From contig OZ038378.1 of the NCBI GenBank assembly GCA_964036045.1, positions 4,898,001 to 4,962,000 on the forward strand: a stretch of DNA of 64,000 nt, in the 5' to 3' direction. Each line of letters begins with the position of its first letter. Within the stretch, counting starts at the first letter, position 1. The notes under the pieces are model-generated. The model was not told where the DNA came from, made no database searches, and saw only the letters and a list, made by a program, of their open reading frames with translations. Shown here piece after piece: positions 24,901 to 35,699 of this stretch. The position numbers and the translations under genes are program-made. The stretch is from Eutreptiella sp. 'Long Island Sound 2002'. Lineage: Eukaryota > Protista > Euglenida.

Positions 24901-26614
24901 GTCCACATGAAAAGGAGACGGGTTCATGCTTCGTTAAGCGTGTTTTGGGGAGGTAACCCAGCCTCGGTATCACCCCGGGCAAGAGGGGACGAGAGTGATG
25001 ATGAGCAGGAGTTGTTGGTTTTGATTCCCAGTCACCCCCCTTCATCTCCTGTCCCCACTCGTCATCCACAATCACTAGATCACCACGTCCCCCGCTCATC
25101 GGCCCCTATGGCTCCCTGATGCAAATCATCACCTCTCTTCCCCAACCCCTCCCTCGACCAATCATTGCTCACCACCCTTTCGACTCACCCCTCCTTCCCC
25201 AAAATTCACCAACTCCCGCCAAATCATCTTCTCCATTCAATATCCCTCTTTCCCAGCCAGGAACCCCTCCCCAATCACCACTTTTTGCACCCACAATGCC
25301 CCCTCCACAATCATCAAAGCTCTAACCCAGTCACCAATCCTCGTGCCCCATTCATTGCCCTGCATGGGAACAATCACCTCCCCACACTTTCATGCACATG
25401 ACACTATTTTGGCTCTATGCTTCATTCCTGCTAGGGTACAGAGGGGAATGGTGTTGCCGTATCTTAAGCCGTGCTTTGGCCTGTGCCAAGGCTCCTTCAA
25501 TTTGTGCAGTCCGCAGCACATGTATCTGCGGGCAGGCAAAACGGTAATTCCTTGAAATATGTATTTGCCCTGACACCGCATGCTAGACAACGAACTGCAC
25601 TGAAATAATTTGGATAAGCAGTGATAGAGGGGAGGGGGAGGGTTATGGAAACGGAACATCATATTTGTAATGCTGCCCATACTTTCTCTTTACCTTCCCC
25701 CTCCCTGTGGCCATTTTGCAAAGAGGATCGGGTGACCCAAAGCCGCATCAGACACATAAAAAGGAGCAAGCGCACGTGCAAAAATGCAATATCTGCCTGT
25801 ATGCCAAAACCCGCCATTAATGCAAAATGTATGGCATACATTCACCCTGCTGCACCGGTGCATGTTTCGCCGTGCGTGAGCAGCTCATCCGCCCGTGTTC
25901 TCGTGGTGCACTTGGGCCTCTGGTGGCTGAGGATGCACAGGTGGGTCCACGTATCCGTGTAGTGGGAAGTGGGAAGAGGCAGGACTCCGTTTTGGAAGTG
26001 GCTTGCGGTATTCCCGGAGGGTGGAGGGTACATTTTGGGTCAAGGAGGCACATCATGTCTTAGTGCAGGAAAAAGGGAACACATTCAGCGCACTATCAGG
26101 GGGCACTAGGCACATCGTGTGTGTGCGTGTGTCCGCGCAGGCCTACGTCCAGGAGCAAAGCACGAAGTGCGAACCGGCAACCTGCGCGTGCACGTCCGTG
26201 TGCGTGTGCGCATGCGCATGCGTGCGTGTGCCTACTGCTGTGTCGAAGTGTGCAACCTGGACATAGAAAAAATTGGCAGAAGTAGCTCGTTCATTGTGTT
26301 GCACGTGCCTCCAAATTTGCTGCTGAAAGCCTACGAGTCCAGTGTTGCACGCCCTGGTAAACGCATACACCCGACCCCCAAAATACCTGCGCCACTGCAC
26401 TGTCGAGCCCAGATTTGCCCCAGGCATAATTCATGACCCCACACTGCAGGCTGTGGGGATCCTGGTTTCGCGACTTGGTAACAAAGGGCTTGGCGACAAA
26501 ATGGATCCCTGGAGGGTCCTGCAATCCGAAGGAGGCAGGCTTTGGGCTGACGGATTGACGGGTAGGTGCAGAGAACAGAAATGCGCAACAATCATCTAGT
26601 CTATCTTGAAACAT
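9144..26614 (-). CDS. MPI: mannose-6-phosphate isomerase, type I (whole gene span, about 10 exons)
   Basis: Joined exons give [94 protein letters not shown]. Zn ligands Q/H/E/H and the catalytic R are present. Junction phases are consistent for exons 1-8. Confidence 0.95.
9358..9427 (-). CDS. MPI: possible MPI penultimate exon (...QSVLAKASAATVWLCL)
   Basis: ATVWLCL aligns with the PMI PSILLVV strand. GT donor at 9357. 5' boundary unresolved. Confidence 0.4.
9468..11544. mobile_element. composite non-autonomous repeat with about 250-bp inverted arms (9677-9929 and 11289-11544) in an MPI intron
   Basis: Arms about 90% identical by eye. Extra partial arm copy at 9468-9585, internal tandem duplication around 9940-10280, internal short inverted repeat around 10897-11015. 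No coding capacity. Confidence 0.8.
12443..12500 (-). CDS. MPI: probable MPI exon 9 (3' boundary uncertain: 12460 or 12443)
   Basis: catttgcag|AIEFVVWRLAG matches the PMI EFxVxR motif and joins exon 8 in phase 0. Confidence 0.55.
12700..13450 (+). mobile_element. decayed LINE-like post-RT fragment in an MPI intron
   Basis: YLEVVVTPALLYGA (resembles the LINE ..vlP.llYG.e.W motif) and a downstream GxGCLG. Frames are broken. Confidence 0.3.
13933..14120 (-). CDS. MPI: MPI exon 8
   Basis: tcgcag|(G)[62 protein letters not shown]|gtatgt. Confidence 0.95.
14429..14538 (-). CDS. MPI: MPI exon 7 (acceptor may be at 14535)
   Basis: SQLNLTTSTFLDLTQQYPGDGGCFQVFFLNIAILEP+G|gtctcc. Confidence 0.88.
14921..14949. 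repeat. (CA)n microsatellite
   Basis: Direct inspection. Confidence 0.95.
15553..15790. repeat. 18-bp-period minisatellite with core CTCTGTGCAG
   Basis: About 10 degenerate units giving 6-aa periodic ORFs on both strands (e.g. VLHRxx). Confidence 0.85.
16587..17795 (-). mobile_element. Penelope-like reverse transcriptase ORF (402 codons, 5'-truncated) with motif C QFRDN, inside MPI intron 6
   Basis: Motif A GEADCKDQFNRI, motif B LPMGGPFSAQAADL, motif C AQFRDNVIV (17265-17279), motif E-like LYALGIAM. No stops over 1.2 kb. Begins at TTG next to a C tract and MITE-like insertion. Confidence 0.85.
18776..18885 (-). CDS. MPI: MPI exon 6
   Basis: cgtgcag|MVLKDVYMQMLHVSNREADKPKLDAQILALSTRLQN+AG|gtgcac. 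Matches the PMI helical domain, and the phase fits exon 7. Confidence 0.75.
20182..20545 (+). repeat. interspersed repeat (about 360 bp), second copy at 59252-59645
   Basis: Colinear match with 59252-59645, roughly 85-90% by eye. Confidence 0.9.
20820..20869. repeat. 25-bp tandem duplication
   Basis: ggggctgagacgaataggagcagtg x2. Confidence 0.95.
20965..21108 (-). CDS. MPI: MPI exon 5
   Basis: tcgcag|AMCSFRPLSEISNFLQTVPELRALFDEASVQRFVDVVSAPESTENEKK|gtgctg. Confidence 0.93.
21352..21434 (-). CDS. MPI: MPI exon 4
   Basis: gtgcag|(E)[27 protein letters not shown]|gtatca; phase 1 in, phase 0 out. Confidence 0.95.
21901..21956. repeat. (CA)n microsatellite
   Basis: Direct inspection. Confidence 0.97.
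22033..22270. repeat. GGCAGGTGTC decamer array opened by a perfect 9-bp hairpin
   Basis: acacctgcc-ga-ggcaggtgt at 22033-22052, followed by about 8 dispersed decamer copies. Confidence 0.8.
23694..23841 (-). CDS. MPI: MPI exon 3
   Basis: cacacag|[49 protein letters not shown]+G|gtatgg. Confidence 0.95.
24617..24721 (-). CDS. MPI: MPI exon 2
   Basis: ctcag|[35 protein letters not shown]|gtatgc. Confidence 0.92.
26387..26614 (-). CDS. MPI: MPI exon 1 (start codon uncertain; in-frame ATGs at 26659, 26638, 26614, 26434)
   Basis: ...[25 protein letters not shown] then GTATTT donor, phase 0. Confidence 0.85.
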
Positions 26615-26616
26615 CT

Positions 26617-26635
26617 CTGCAATCAACAAGAAGTG
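26617..26635 (-). promoter_or_regulatory. candidate trans-splice acceptor 2 nt upstream of the MPI ATG at 26614
   Basis: cacttcttgttgattgcag|agATG. Confidence 0.45.
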
Positions 26636-27660
26636 CATGCACACGCTCTGCGTTGGCATCTTAGCTCAGCTCGTCAACCGCATCTCCTCTTTAGCCCCTC
26701 GCGTGCCTGCTGTATGTATATCGAATGCCCACCTTTCGCACATGCCAAACAAACCCTCTTTCAATATTCGCAGCCACTGTTCGAGCGCAATTTACAAGGG
26801 TGCAACCCTGCCACTCAAACCAACCCACCCACTGCCACACCCCGAATGCAAGCCTTCACGGCAGCTAATACGAGACAGATTGTTCGGAGGGCTTGTTGGG
26901 AAACAACAATATTTGCAGGCGATGCAAATGAAAACTAAAGTGTCATTGGTATCATTACATTCTGTTTGGTGCGCGCGGTGAAGTGTCCGAGATTCCTCAT
27001 GGGTCCATCCATTGAGGACAAACTAGGCAGCTAACTACAATTGTAGGAAGGAGAGCAATCCGAAATCCCAGGTTCCCAGGTTCTGCAACGACAGAGAAAA
27101 AGGAGGAGTAGCACTAGGACATGCCGAAATTTGCGATGAAGTGCTACTATCATGATGCAACCGTTCCATTGAAGGTGAATCCAACCGTTCGGTCGAACAT
27201 TGTCACATCATAGAAGTTCCCTCGATGCCCCCGAGCTATTGCCACTTTCGGTTTCCACGGTGTTTCTACGAAGCCCACGGTGTTTTTGCGAAGATGCTTT
27301 GGCATTGGCTGGTGATGGTCCATGGCAATGGGGCAGGCCCCACCTATACCCATGAAATTTTTTTTGAAGAAACCCATGAAATTTTTTTTGAAGAAAACCA
27401 AACCCCCAAGCACACAAAAAGCATCCTTGGCGCCTTGCAAACAGAATTGTCTCGGTCCTGCTGACTGGCATGATTGAACCCCCCCCCCTTCACCTCCCTC
27501 GAATCCCCGAAGCGATTAGGCCATACGTCAGCAATGCACCCCGATGCGGGAAGTTTCATAAATAATATAATGGGTCCCACCAAACTCCGGGCAAAAGGTA
27601 GAGGGGGGTACTTTTGTGTTGGCACCGTGTTGACACAAGGGGTGGGGGTTGTCGTGTTTA

Positions 27661-27862
27661 TGTATGTGTTGTGTTGTGTTGTGTTGTGCTTGTGCTTGTT
27701 TTTGTGTTACGTTGTGTTGTGGTGTGTTTGGGTTTGGGTTTGGGTGATGGTGTGTCTTGTGTTGTGTTGTGTTCTGTTGCGCACATATCACTAAATCACG
27801 AAAGGAAATACATACCACACAACACGACACAACACAACACCACGCAACACAACACAACACAT
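27661..27862. repeat. inverted pair of (TGTTG)n and (CACAA)n tracts
   Basis: TG-rich tract 27661-27780 followed by the complementary tract at about 27815-27862. Confidence 0.75.
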
Positions 27863-28582
27863 CGTATGAATTGAATGCATGCCGGTGTTGCTGTGTTGCT
27901 ACAAGGACGAATAAGGGGGGGGTATTTTTCACTTTTGTGTTGGTATTGTTGAAATACAACACGAAGAAGGGGGGGTATTTTTCACCTCCGTGTTGAGTAG
28001 TGAGTCGTGTTAACAAACCCATTGGGCGTTTGGCAGCCACTTTCACGGGATGCAAGTGTTCGGGCCTCTGCCTGCTCTTGCGTTTGCTAGGGCGAGGAGT
28101 ATGTAAGGAGCCGGGAAACCCTCTCACCAAGCATACATGAAACGAGAAAGCACACACACACCTCTTCTAGTTCAGGATGCATTATCTTTGAAGTCGCGGC
28201 CTAGCGTGAAAAAGAGGGTATTGGCGGTGGAAAAGGTGGAAAACACAAACGAACGCTTGAGCCCGACTTTCCTTTAAGCCACAAACGAAAAACCACCGGG
28301 TATCAATGGTGGAAAATTCTCCATGCAAAGTGGCTTGCTTGAACATGGTATCGCCTTCGAAGCCACTCTTGAAGTTCTAACCCCGACAACTTTCAAGGTC
28401 GCCCGGAAGTGTCGTCGTGCTTTGCGTGTTTGGCGACTCTCATAGACGCCTTGCCCTTGCAACTCCCGACAAAAATCACCGTTCCGGCTCTTGACACCAA
28501 CAAAGCTCTTGCGGAGAGATACGATACTCCACACTCAACATTCTAGGTAAAACCCAACGGCCCTCCGAAGTGGAAGCCGTTT

Positions 28583-28584
<2 letters not shown>

Positions 28585-28652
<68 letters not shown>
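28585..28652. repeat. (GA)n microsatellite
   Basis: Direct inspection. Confidence 0.97.
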
Positions 28653-28655
<3 letters not shown>

Positions 28656-31065
28656 ATGTTGATACATCACGTGGTCCGAACAAGTGTGCACCAACTGCAC
28701 CAACGAATTCATGGTTGCATCAACGATGCGTTCTCTTCTTGCCTCAACTACGTCGTGCTTTCATCACTGTCGCGCTTTCACCACTACGCCCTCGAACAGT
28801 CGATGCTAGGCGGATGGGCCGTCGTATTGTAAATGTTGACCTCTCTCGAACACTGGAGGGATCAATCCTCCTCCACGGATTCAGTGCTGAATCTCCAAGT
28901 GGCCAGCATCACTCTGATAAAGCTCTCCCCTTGCACGCGACAAGAATTTTTCCATAACATACCACGACGACGGTGTTGGTTCGCTTGCCCTGTACGCCAT
29001 AAGATTTGTGCTGCAATACTGGATGCTTCCGTTGAAAAGGCTTCGAAACGAAAACCGCAAAGTCGTCCGCTGATACGGCATTCTGCTCGTTCTTGAGTTG
29101 TCCGAATTCCATCTGCACGAAGTAACACGCAGAAATCGTCTAATCACCAGACTAGAAGGCGGCGAAACTCTGTTGCATATGGTGAGTGCATACGTCCTCA
29201 GCTCTGAGCGAAGAATCCTTTCGTGGGGGCGGCGTTCCTGTTGTCCGCGGGGGTGTCCGCGGGGACGTTTTCCCCAGCACCATTGAGTGCGGATGTTTGC
29301 ACAAAGATTCGTCGAGGGTGAACACAACTGTTTGAATTAGCAAAGGAAAGTTGAACAAATTCCTGTACTAATCGTTCGGAGTCAGCGATAAAATGGCCCA
29401 ACCAGCCCCCGCCAAGGCCCCAAAGCGACGGCGCATCACAAGAAGTACGGGCACATTTCCGTCTAGGAAAGCACTTTATGGGCCCCTCGGGGATATAATC
29501 TGTTGGTCCGGGCCTCTCACTTGTGGGACAAAAAATAAAATTGGGTTGAGAGATGAGTGAAATCCCACATTGCTCATCAACGGGCTCCCCGTAGGGTAGG
29601 GTTTTGTTTCGGACCTGGGTGTGCAAATTGCAAGAGAGACCGGGCCTCCAAACTGAGGCGGGAGGGGGTAACTGAGAACGCTCACTGCACTGAGCGGAGT
29701 GACCACCCACCAAAAGGCAGTAAACCGCCAAGTGGATGAGGCTTTTTGTTATTGACCACGGCAGTGGTTGCTGCAACTACAGTGCCTTCTTGTTTAAACT
29801 GGCATCACACCCGCATCACAGCCGCACAGGAAAGATTCCGCGATTTGCCGCGCTTACACGAAAAGGGATGCGCACTTTGGCGACTTTGGCGGTATTGACA
29901 AAGAGGTGGAGACAACACTCAAAGCTCTGAAAGATAATGGGTGCTAGCCTGATAATGTTTGTGACAACAAGAAGATGCGACTGTGGAGTTGCATGCAAGC
30001 AACCGTTACCGTCTGTGTTTTGTTTCACCGAGAAAAAATTAACGCAAGAGGCATAGCGGTTTTCAGGAACGTGTCCCAATGTGCGTGGTTCCCCTTGATG
30101 GGAATGATGTTGCAGAAGCTGAGGGTTTACGTATGTGATACACTTTTCGCGAGTCAACACCAATTGGTCCGCAGAATTCGTTACAGATCCATAGAATAGA
30201 GACATATAGAACACGCAACATAAGACTCCTCACACTACACCATCATCGAATACGCGGGCGAGAATACCGTAAGTACTACCTTTTGTGATAGCCCCGAATA
30301 TGGGCTACATCCTTGTGCATTCCCGCTTGCGCTGTAATTATGCGTCAAAACCATGTGACGCGCGATATAATTTTCGCACAAAAATCGTGAAATATACTTT
30401 TGGTTCCCTCATCTTTTGTGTTGGTTCACTACTTAGTTGGTGGGGGCACCAAAGTTTTTTGGAACCACCATAGGTCCCCCTAGGAAAAGGAAGCAAGTGC
30501 CCCCATACGCACATAGCGTCACTCCCAACTCTAGGGTGGTGTGGTAGAGCTGACCTGGGGTGAGTGGTAGCCCTCACCGAGAGTGTGAGTAGTAGCGACC
30601 TCTCACGAGAATCGTCTTCCTAATTGCGGCCTCCTTTTTCCTTTTCGTTGTGCAACACGGAGTTTCTTGGCCTATTAGAAGCGCTTTGTCCCCGTGGCTC
30701 TCTCCAATTCATTGTACTCGACCCTCGGCATTCGTCAAGCCGCGTGCCAGCCCCCAAGCCATCGTCTTCTCGGGCCTTTTTTGTTGTTTGAGGTTTGCGG
30801 ACAAACTCAACATCAGGGGCATTACATTTTAAGACAATTGTGCCGTTGGTCACGTTGGAGTGCCTGTGGGCCCCTTTTCGCAAAACCATTTCATCGCGCT
30901 ATTGCCGCGGACTCACCAATGGATAAACCTTTGTCATGGCCGGTTGTGGGAGTGTCTATTGATGCATCGATGGGTAGCTGTTCTTGCGCACCGCACCATT
31001 GTGCTCGCTCGGAAAAACAAGACACTGTTCCTCAGCATGAAGACCCGATTGCGTTTTGCGATTGT

Positions 31066-31083
31066 GGTCGTTCCATTTAATAG
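31066..31083 (+). promoter_or_regulatory. candidate trans-splice acceptor 8 nt upstream of the MAPKK ATG
   Basis: ggtcgttccatttaatag|attcaagaATG. Confidence 0.45.
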
Positions 31084-31091
31084 ATTCAAGA

Positions 31092-31285
31092 ATGCAGCCC
31101 TTGAAGTTGGCTATTCAACAAGAGGTTGTCGACGAGGAGTACGATGATGAGTTCGAGGAGTGGGCGCGTGTCGGAGATATTGATCCCGATCAAATTGAAA
31201 AATGTGAGGATCTTGGAGAGGGTGCCGGGGGAAGTGTGAACCGGTGCATTGATCGAAGAACAGGCAAAATCATGGCGGTGAAGAG
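31092..31285 (+). CDS. MAP2K: MAPKK exon 1
   Basis: MQPLKLAI...LGEGAGGSVNRCIDRRTGKIMAVK+AG|gtgtgc. Confidence 0.92.
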
Positions 31286-34200
31286 GTGTGCATTTCTCAC
31301 CAACCTTTTGTCGCTTGTTCTCCAAGCGATTTGATTTTCTCGGCGATTGTGTTTTTCGCCATCGCTCATGCATGCTTGATTATTGAATCGTGCCGATCTC
31401 CCTAAACAGCCTATCCTTATCACAAGAAATAATTCGGTGCACATGGTATGTCGGTTGTGGCCCTTGCTTGTGACGTGCAACCTTTGGCTTTTGGCTCATA
31501 GGATTAAACCGGACCATGGGTCATCTGAAGAAATGAAGATGAAGAAGATGGAAATTCGCAAGGAGCTCGTGGCCTTGCTTGATAGCGATTGCCCGGATTT
31601 GATCACGTTATATGGAGCGTACATGGACTCCGATGATTGCATGAACATTTGCTTGGTTTGTTTTCATTTTCTCTCCGTAATGGGTGGTGCTCACTTTGTA
31701 GGGTGTATACCATGACCGGTGCGTTTGCCATGTCGTTACTCTCCGTTATCGGTGGTGCCTACTGGTGCGTTCACCTTCTCGTTAGGAATTCATGGACATG
31801 GGATCTCTTTTGGACGTTGTTGAGGCCGCAAAATCGAGTTCACCCAACAACCCAATACCCGAGTCGATCTTGCGCCACATTGTGATGTCCGTGTTGCGTG
31901 GTTTAAATTTCTTGCATCACGACCGACACTTCATGCACCGTGATTTGAAGCCCTCGAACATTCTTGTTAATAGTGAAGGTGTGCCATTTACATGAGTCGG
32001 TTGTGGGTTACATGAGTAGGACATGGGTTACATGAGTAGATGTCACAACAACATTTGGGATGTCGTCACGTGCAAACAAAGCACCATTACTTTCCGAGTG
32101 TGTGGTTGTATTTCCACGTGTTATTGCACTACAATGCATTTTTGAGCATCTGCTGCCCATACGCCAATCATAGTTCGCTAGTGCCCATCCAAAAACGATT
32201 TCTACGATCACAATATCCGCCAAATTTCGCATGCTCTAAATCCTGTCTCCCGTTATCGTCGGCCGATTTCCAACCTCTGGGGTCACACCCCTATGTTTGT
32301 CGTTGAGCAAAATTTGCACATTGGGATGCTTTACTAACCTTGCAGCCTTGCGCGTGGTGCACGCGTCATGATGCCCAGCTCCAAATTACGATGCCCCAAA
32401 ATGCGACGCTTCTCGCGTTGAGCTCATTTTCTCCACAAAATCCAACCAACTTCACCGTTGTTGTCGAAAATGGCTCGATTTGACCGACTTAGTGGAGCGT
32501 ATCTCAAACCGGAACTATGGAAGTGTCGTTTAGAAGTGCTTGGAATGTCGCGCTACCCGTGTGCAAATGAAACGTGAACATCCACAAAAGGACCGCACCG
32601 GGGAATTGCGCCTAGTGATGCGGACGAGTATTGGGTCAGCATTAGTGTTTTCATTTCTCAATCCTCAACAAATGAGGAAACCATTTCCATGCCTTTTATG
32701 GTCATTGAGTCGTGCCACATTTGTTTCTCCTTTGAAGGGTTGGTCGAGACGAACCGTGTTCGGTTTTATGCGAGAGCTCCACCAACATATTTGGGTGTCT
32801 CACCGCGGAGTGGGTGTCTCACCGCGGAGCGTTTGTTTGGTAAAGCAACCATGATCCACCTTTCATATCGTTCGCAGGCCAAATCAAAGTGACGGATTTT
32901 GGGGTTGGTGGTGAGTTAGAGAACACTCTGGCAAGCACGCATACATTTGTTGGCACTGTGCACTACATGGCACCGGAGGTATGTTAACCCGCCGGTATCG
33001 TGAGGTGGTTTTTGAAGTGTAGCATGGCCACCACAACCTACTTTGTGAAAGTTGCGGTGATCTTCCACTCTGTGCATGCGCTCGAGCCGGGCCATCATTC
33101 AACCATTACACGATTACGGCTCGTGCCGTCTCTAGCCTCTTGCCTCTTGCACCTTTTGCGACCGCTACATTTGCCCTCTTGCACTTTTTGCGACCGCTAC
33201 ATTTGCAGCGCCTCTTGGGCCAGCGGTACACATCATCGGCGGATATTTGGAGCCTCGGATTGATCGTAATTCAGTGTGCCACTGGTATGTTCTCAACGAT
33301 GGACGTTACCACCATTCATGTGTTCCTGGAACACGGGCCATTTGCTATTGTAGTCAAATAGCAACCAATCAAACAACACCCATTTGTTGTTGTCTTGTTG
33401 ATTCACGAATTGCCGCATTTCACTTTTGGTGGTATTTTGGGACTGCATTGGCGGCTAGCTCAATGCCAATCAGAAATTGTGCGAAAGTGTCGAAAACAGG
33501 GAAGCCTAGTGTGTTGCAGCGGTGTGATTGGCTGCAATTCTCTTGGTATGATCACAACCCTCATGTAGCCACTTGGTTCAATTTTTTCATGGGTGAGTGT
33601 GGAAAATTGTCCCACTGCTACTGCCCGTCGAGGTGCCCGGCTGTTCACACGTGTTTGTGGTGGCAGAGGCCGCAAATCTCGTGCGGACGAGATCATCATT
33701 AGGTGTTGTGCCGGGAGTCACTGCTTGAACAAAGCGGCGGCGTCGGGCACATCGCTAGCGGGGGAGTGGTAGTGTGACGTATTTTGGAACAGCCAGCGCC
33801 AACCATGCTGCTTTTCTAGGGAAGGATATTGTTGTTCATTCAACCGTTAGGTACAATGCCGTTCCAAGGCTTGGGTTACTGGCAGTTGAATCAACATCTG
33901 CAAGATAGCCCTGCTCCAGCAATGCCCGACGATGCGACGTTCAGCGACGAGTTGTGTGATTTCGTGAGGAGATGCTTGATCAAAGACGGAACCAAGAGGT
34001 GTGACCCACACGCACTCCCGTCAAGATTCAACCCTCCGATCCTGGCTGGTGTTCTTCTAGCTGGGTCCATTTCCGCAATGCTCCTTCGGGGTGTGGCAGT
34101 TTTTGCACAGGAGCTACCCAGTGAGTTCCGAGGGCAACCAGCAATGGTCCCAAGATGTCCTGCACCTGATCGTTAGGCTTCGCACCTGTGGATAAACAAG

Positions 34201-35487
34201 CGGGTCAAACAAAAGACATGGTCCAGGCAACTTCTACAGCAGCGGAACCAGCCAGTGAACATCCCTACCTCCGAAAATGCGAATACCACGGGAGATCATA
34301 GCGCCATTCTTGAACATCGGCACACAGGGGTTTGTTCCGCCCTTGTAAGGGGGCTCCCACAGGGTCATTGAGGCCGCCAAAAAAGGAACTACTCCTCACG
34401 AACATCGCACTTTTCACCTGGTACCCCCTTGCTGCTGGCCCTCATCACCGATCCAGCAGAAACATCCGATCGCACACCCACATAGCATGTTGTAAAAACC
34501 AGCCACAAAATCCGGTGGCAAATGCCGTTTCGCGGGGTTAGCTGATTTCCAATGCATCTCAGGATTGCCAACAGACCGAGGAGCGGCCAGTGCTTTGCAC
34601 CGCTGGTCGTGTGTGCCTTTGCCACCATGGCGCGCTCCTGTGTGGTAGGCTGGCTTGGCGTGCTGCACTGTGCATTAGTTTGTGCACATGAGCTCGAGAA
34701 CGTGACATTATTATTATTATTTGCATTTGACATTATTATTATTTGCATTGCCTTCACATGATATGGAAATCGTCAAAATCAGTTTTTCTCTCCTTGGGGA
34801 ACAGACATGAGATTTTCCTCACCACCGCCGCCCGGGCAGCGGGTGCTGTGACCGTGTTCGAGTTATGCTTCACCCGTTGACCTGTAAAGTTTGGAGGAAA
34901 ACGACAGAGGAGGGATAAGCCGAGGCACCGGGGAGAGTCCGAGGGAGTGATTCGATGGTTGAAGCTCAATTCCTCCGTGGCAGATCACGATTGACTGACA
35001 CATGGGGAACCATTTTGTTTGCCAAAAAATGGGTTCTGTAGACCGTTTCGCAGACCGTAGCCGTAGGTCGAAGCGCCAGTTGCATCTGTAGCGGAAGAAA
35101 ACCAGTTAAAGTCAGGGTGCAACAGAGTTGTGGCATTCCATATTTGGAGGTGGGATCACACATGCTGAAGCTGCAAGGCATGCCGGATGTAATTTCTGAA
35201 ACATTTCGCCCCCCGGTTCCGCTGTGCTGTTCTTTTTTATATTTGCTCTCCTCCCATTGAGTGCTGATTCATGCTGTCCTTGTGTGTTTGCTTCTCTTAG
35301 GCCATCAGCTGCACAACTTCTTCGGCATCCATGGATAGCAAATGCTGCTGACGATCCCGCTCAACTGCAGGCCCATTATAAAAAATGGTTGAAATGGTGC
35401 AACAGCAAAATTGTGAATAAAAGGGCGAAAAGTGCAGAAGAGTCTGAGTCTGTTGAGGACATGTTGGAAAAGGCTTTTCCACTGTAA
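31092..35487 (+). CDS. MAP2K: MAP kinase kinase (STE7 family), 7 exons, 350 aa
   Basis: Exons join in frame with GT-AG introns: LGEGAGGSV, MAVK, EFMDMGSL, HRDLKPSN, VTDFG, TFVGTVHYMAPERL, ADIWSLG, RPSAAQLLRHPW. Confidence 0.97.
31502..31655 (+). CDS. MAP2K: MAPKK exon 2
   Basis: catag|(R)IKPDHG...EIRKELVALL...LITLYGAY...MNICL|gtttgt. Confidence 0.95.
31786..31978 (+). CDS. MAP2K: MAPKK exon 3
   Basis: gttag|EFMDMGSLL...HRDLKPSNILVNSE+G|gtgtgc. Confidence 0.97.
32878..32978 (+). CDS. MAP2K: MAPKK exon 4
   Basis: cgcag|(G)QIKVTDFGVGGELENTLASTHTFVGTVHYMAPE|gtatgt. Confidence 0.97.
33209..33284 (+). CDS. MAP2K: MAPKK exon 5
   Basis: tgcag|RLLGQRYTSSADIWSLGLIVIQCAT+G|gtatgt. Confidence 0.97.
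33851..33998 (+). CDS. MAP2K: MAPKK exon 6
   Basis: gttag|(G)TMPFQGLGYWQL...FSDELCDFVRRCLIKDGTK+AG|gtgtga. Confidence 0.96.
35301..35487 (+). CDS. MAP2K: MAPKK exon 7 (terminal)
   Basis: cttag|(R)PSAAQLLRHPWIA...EKAFPL*. Confidence 0.95.
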
Positions 35488-35699
35488 AAGGTCATCCATT
35501 ATTATTAGTTTATTATCCACTGAGATCATTTTTCAAAACCTCCACCCACCTGTGATCCCAGGGTTGTTATGAGCGGGAAGGGGTGTTTTTGGTGGCAGCT
35601 GAGGTTTTATTGTGGAGGCCTTTGAAACCTACTTGCATTTTCAGTTTCTGGCCTCTAGCATCTAATAATGGTTGGGGGATCTGTATTGCAAGGTGGTTT

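Noticed and set aside
30190-30215. weak SL-like match on minus
   Set aside because: Only 15/26 identity, compatible with chance.
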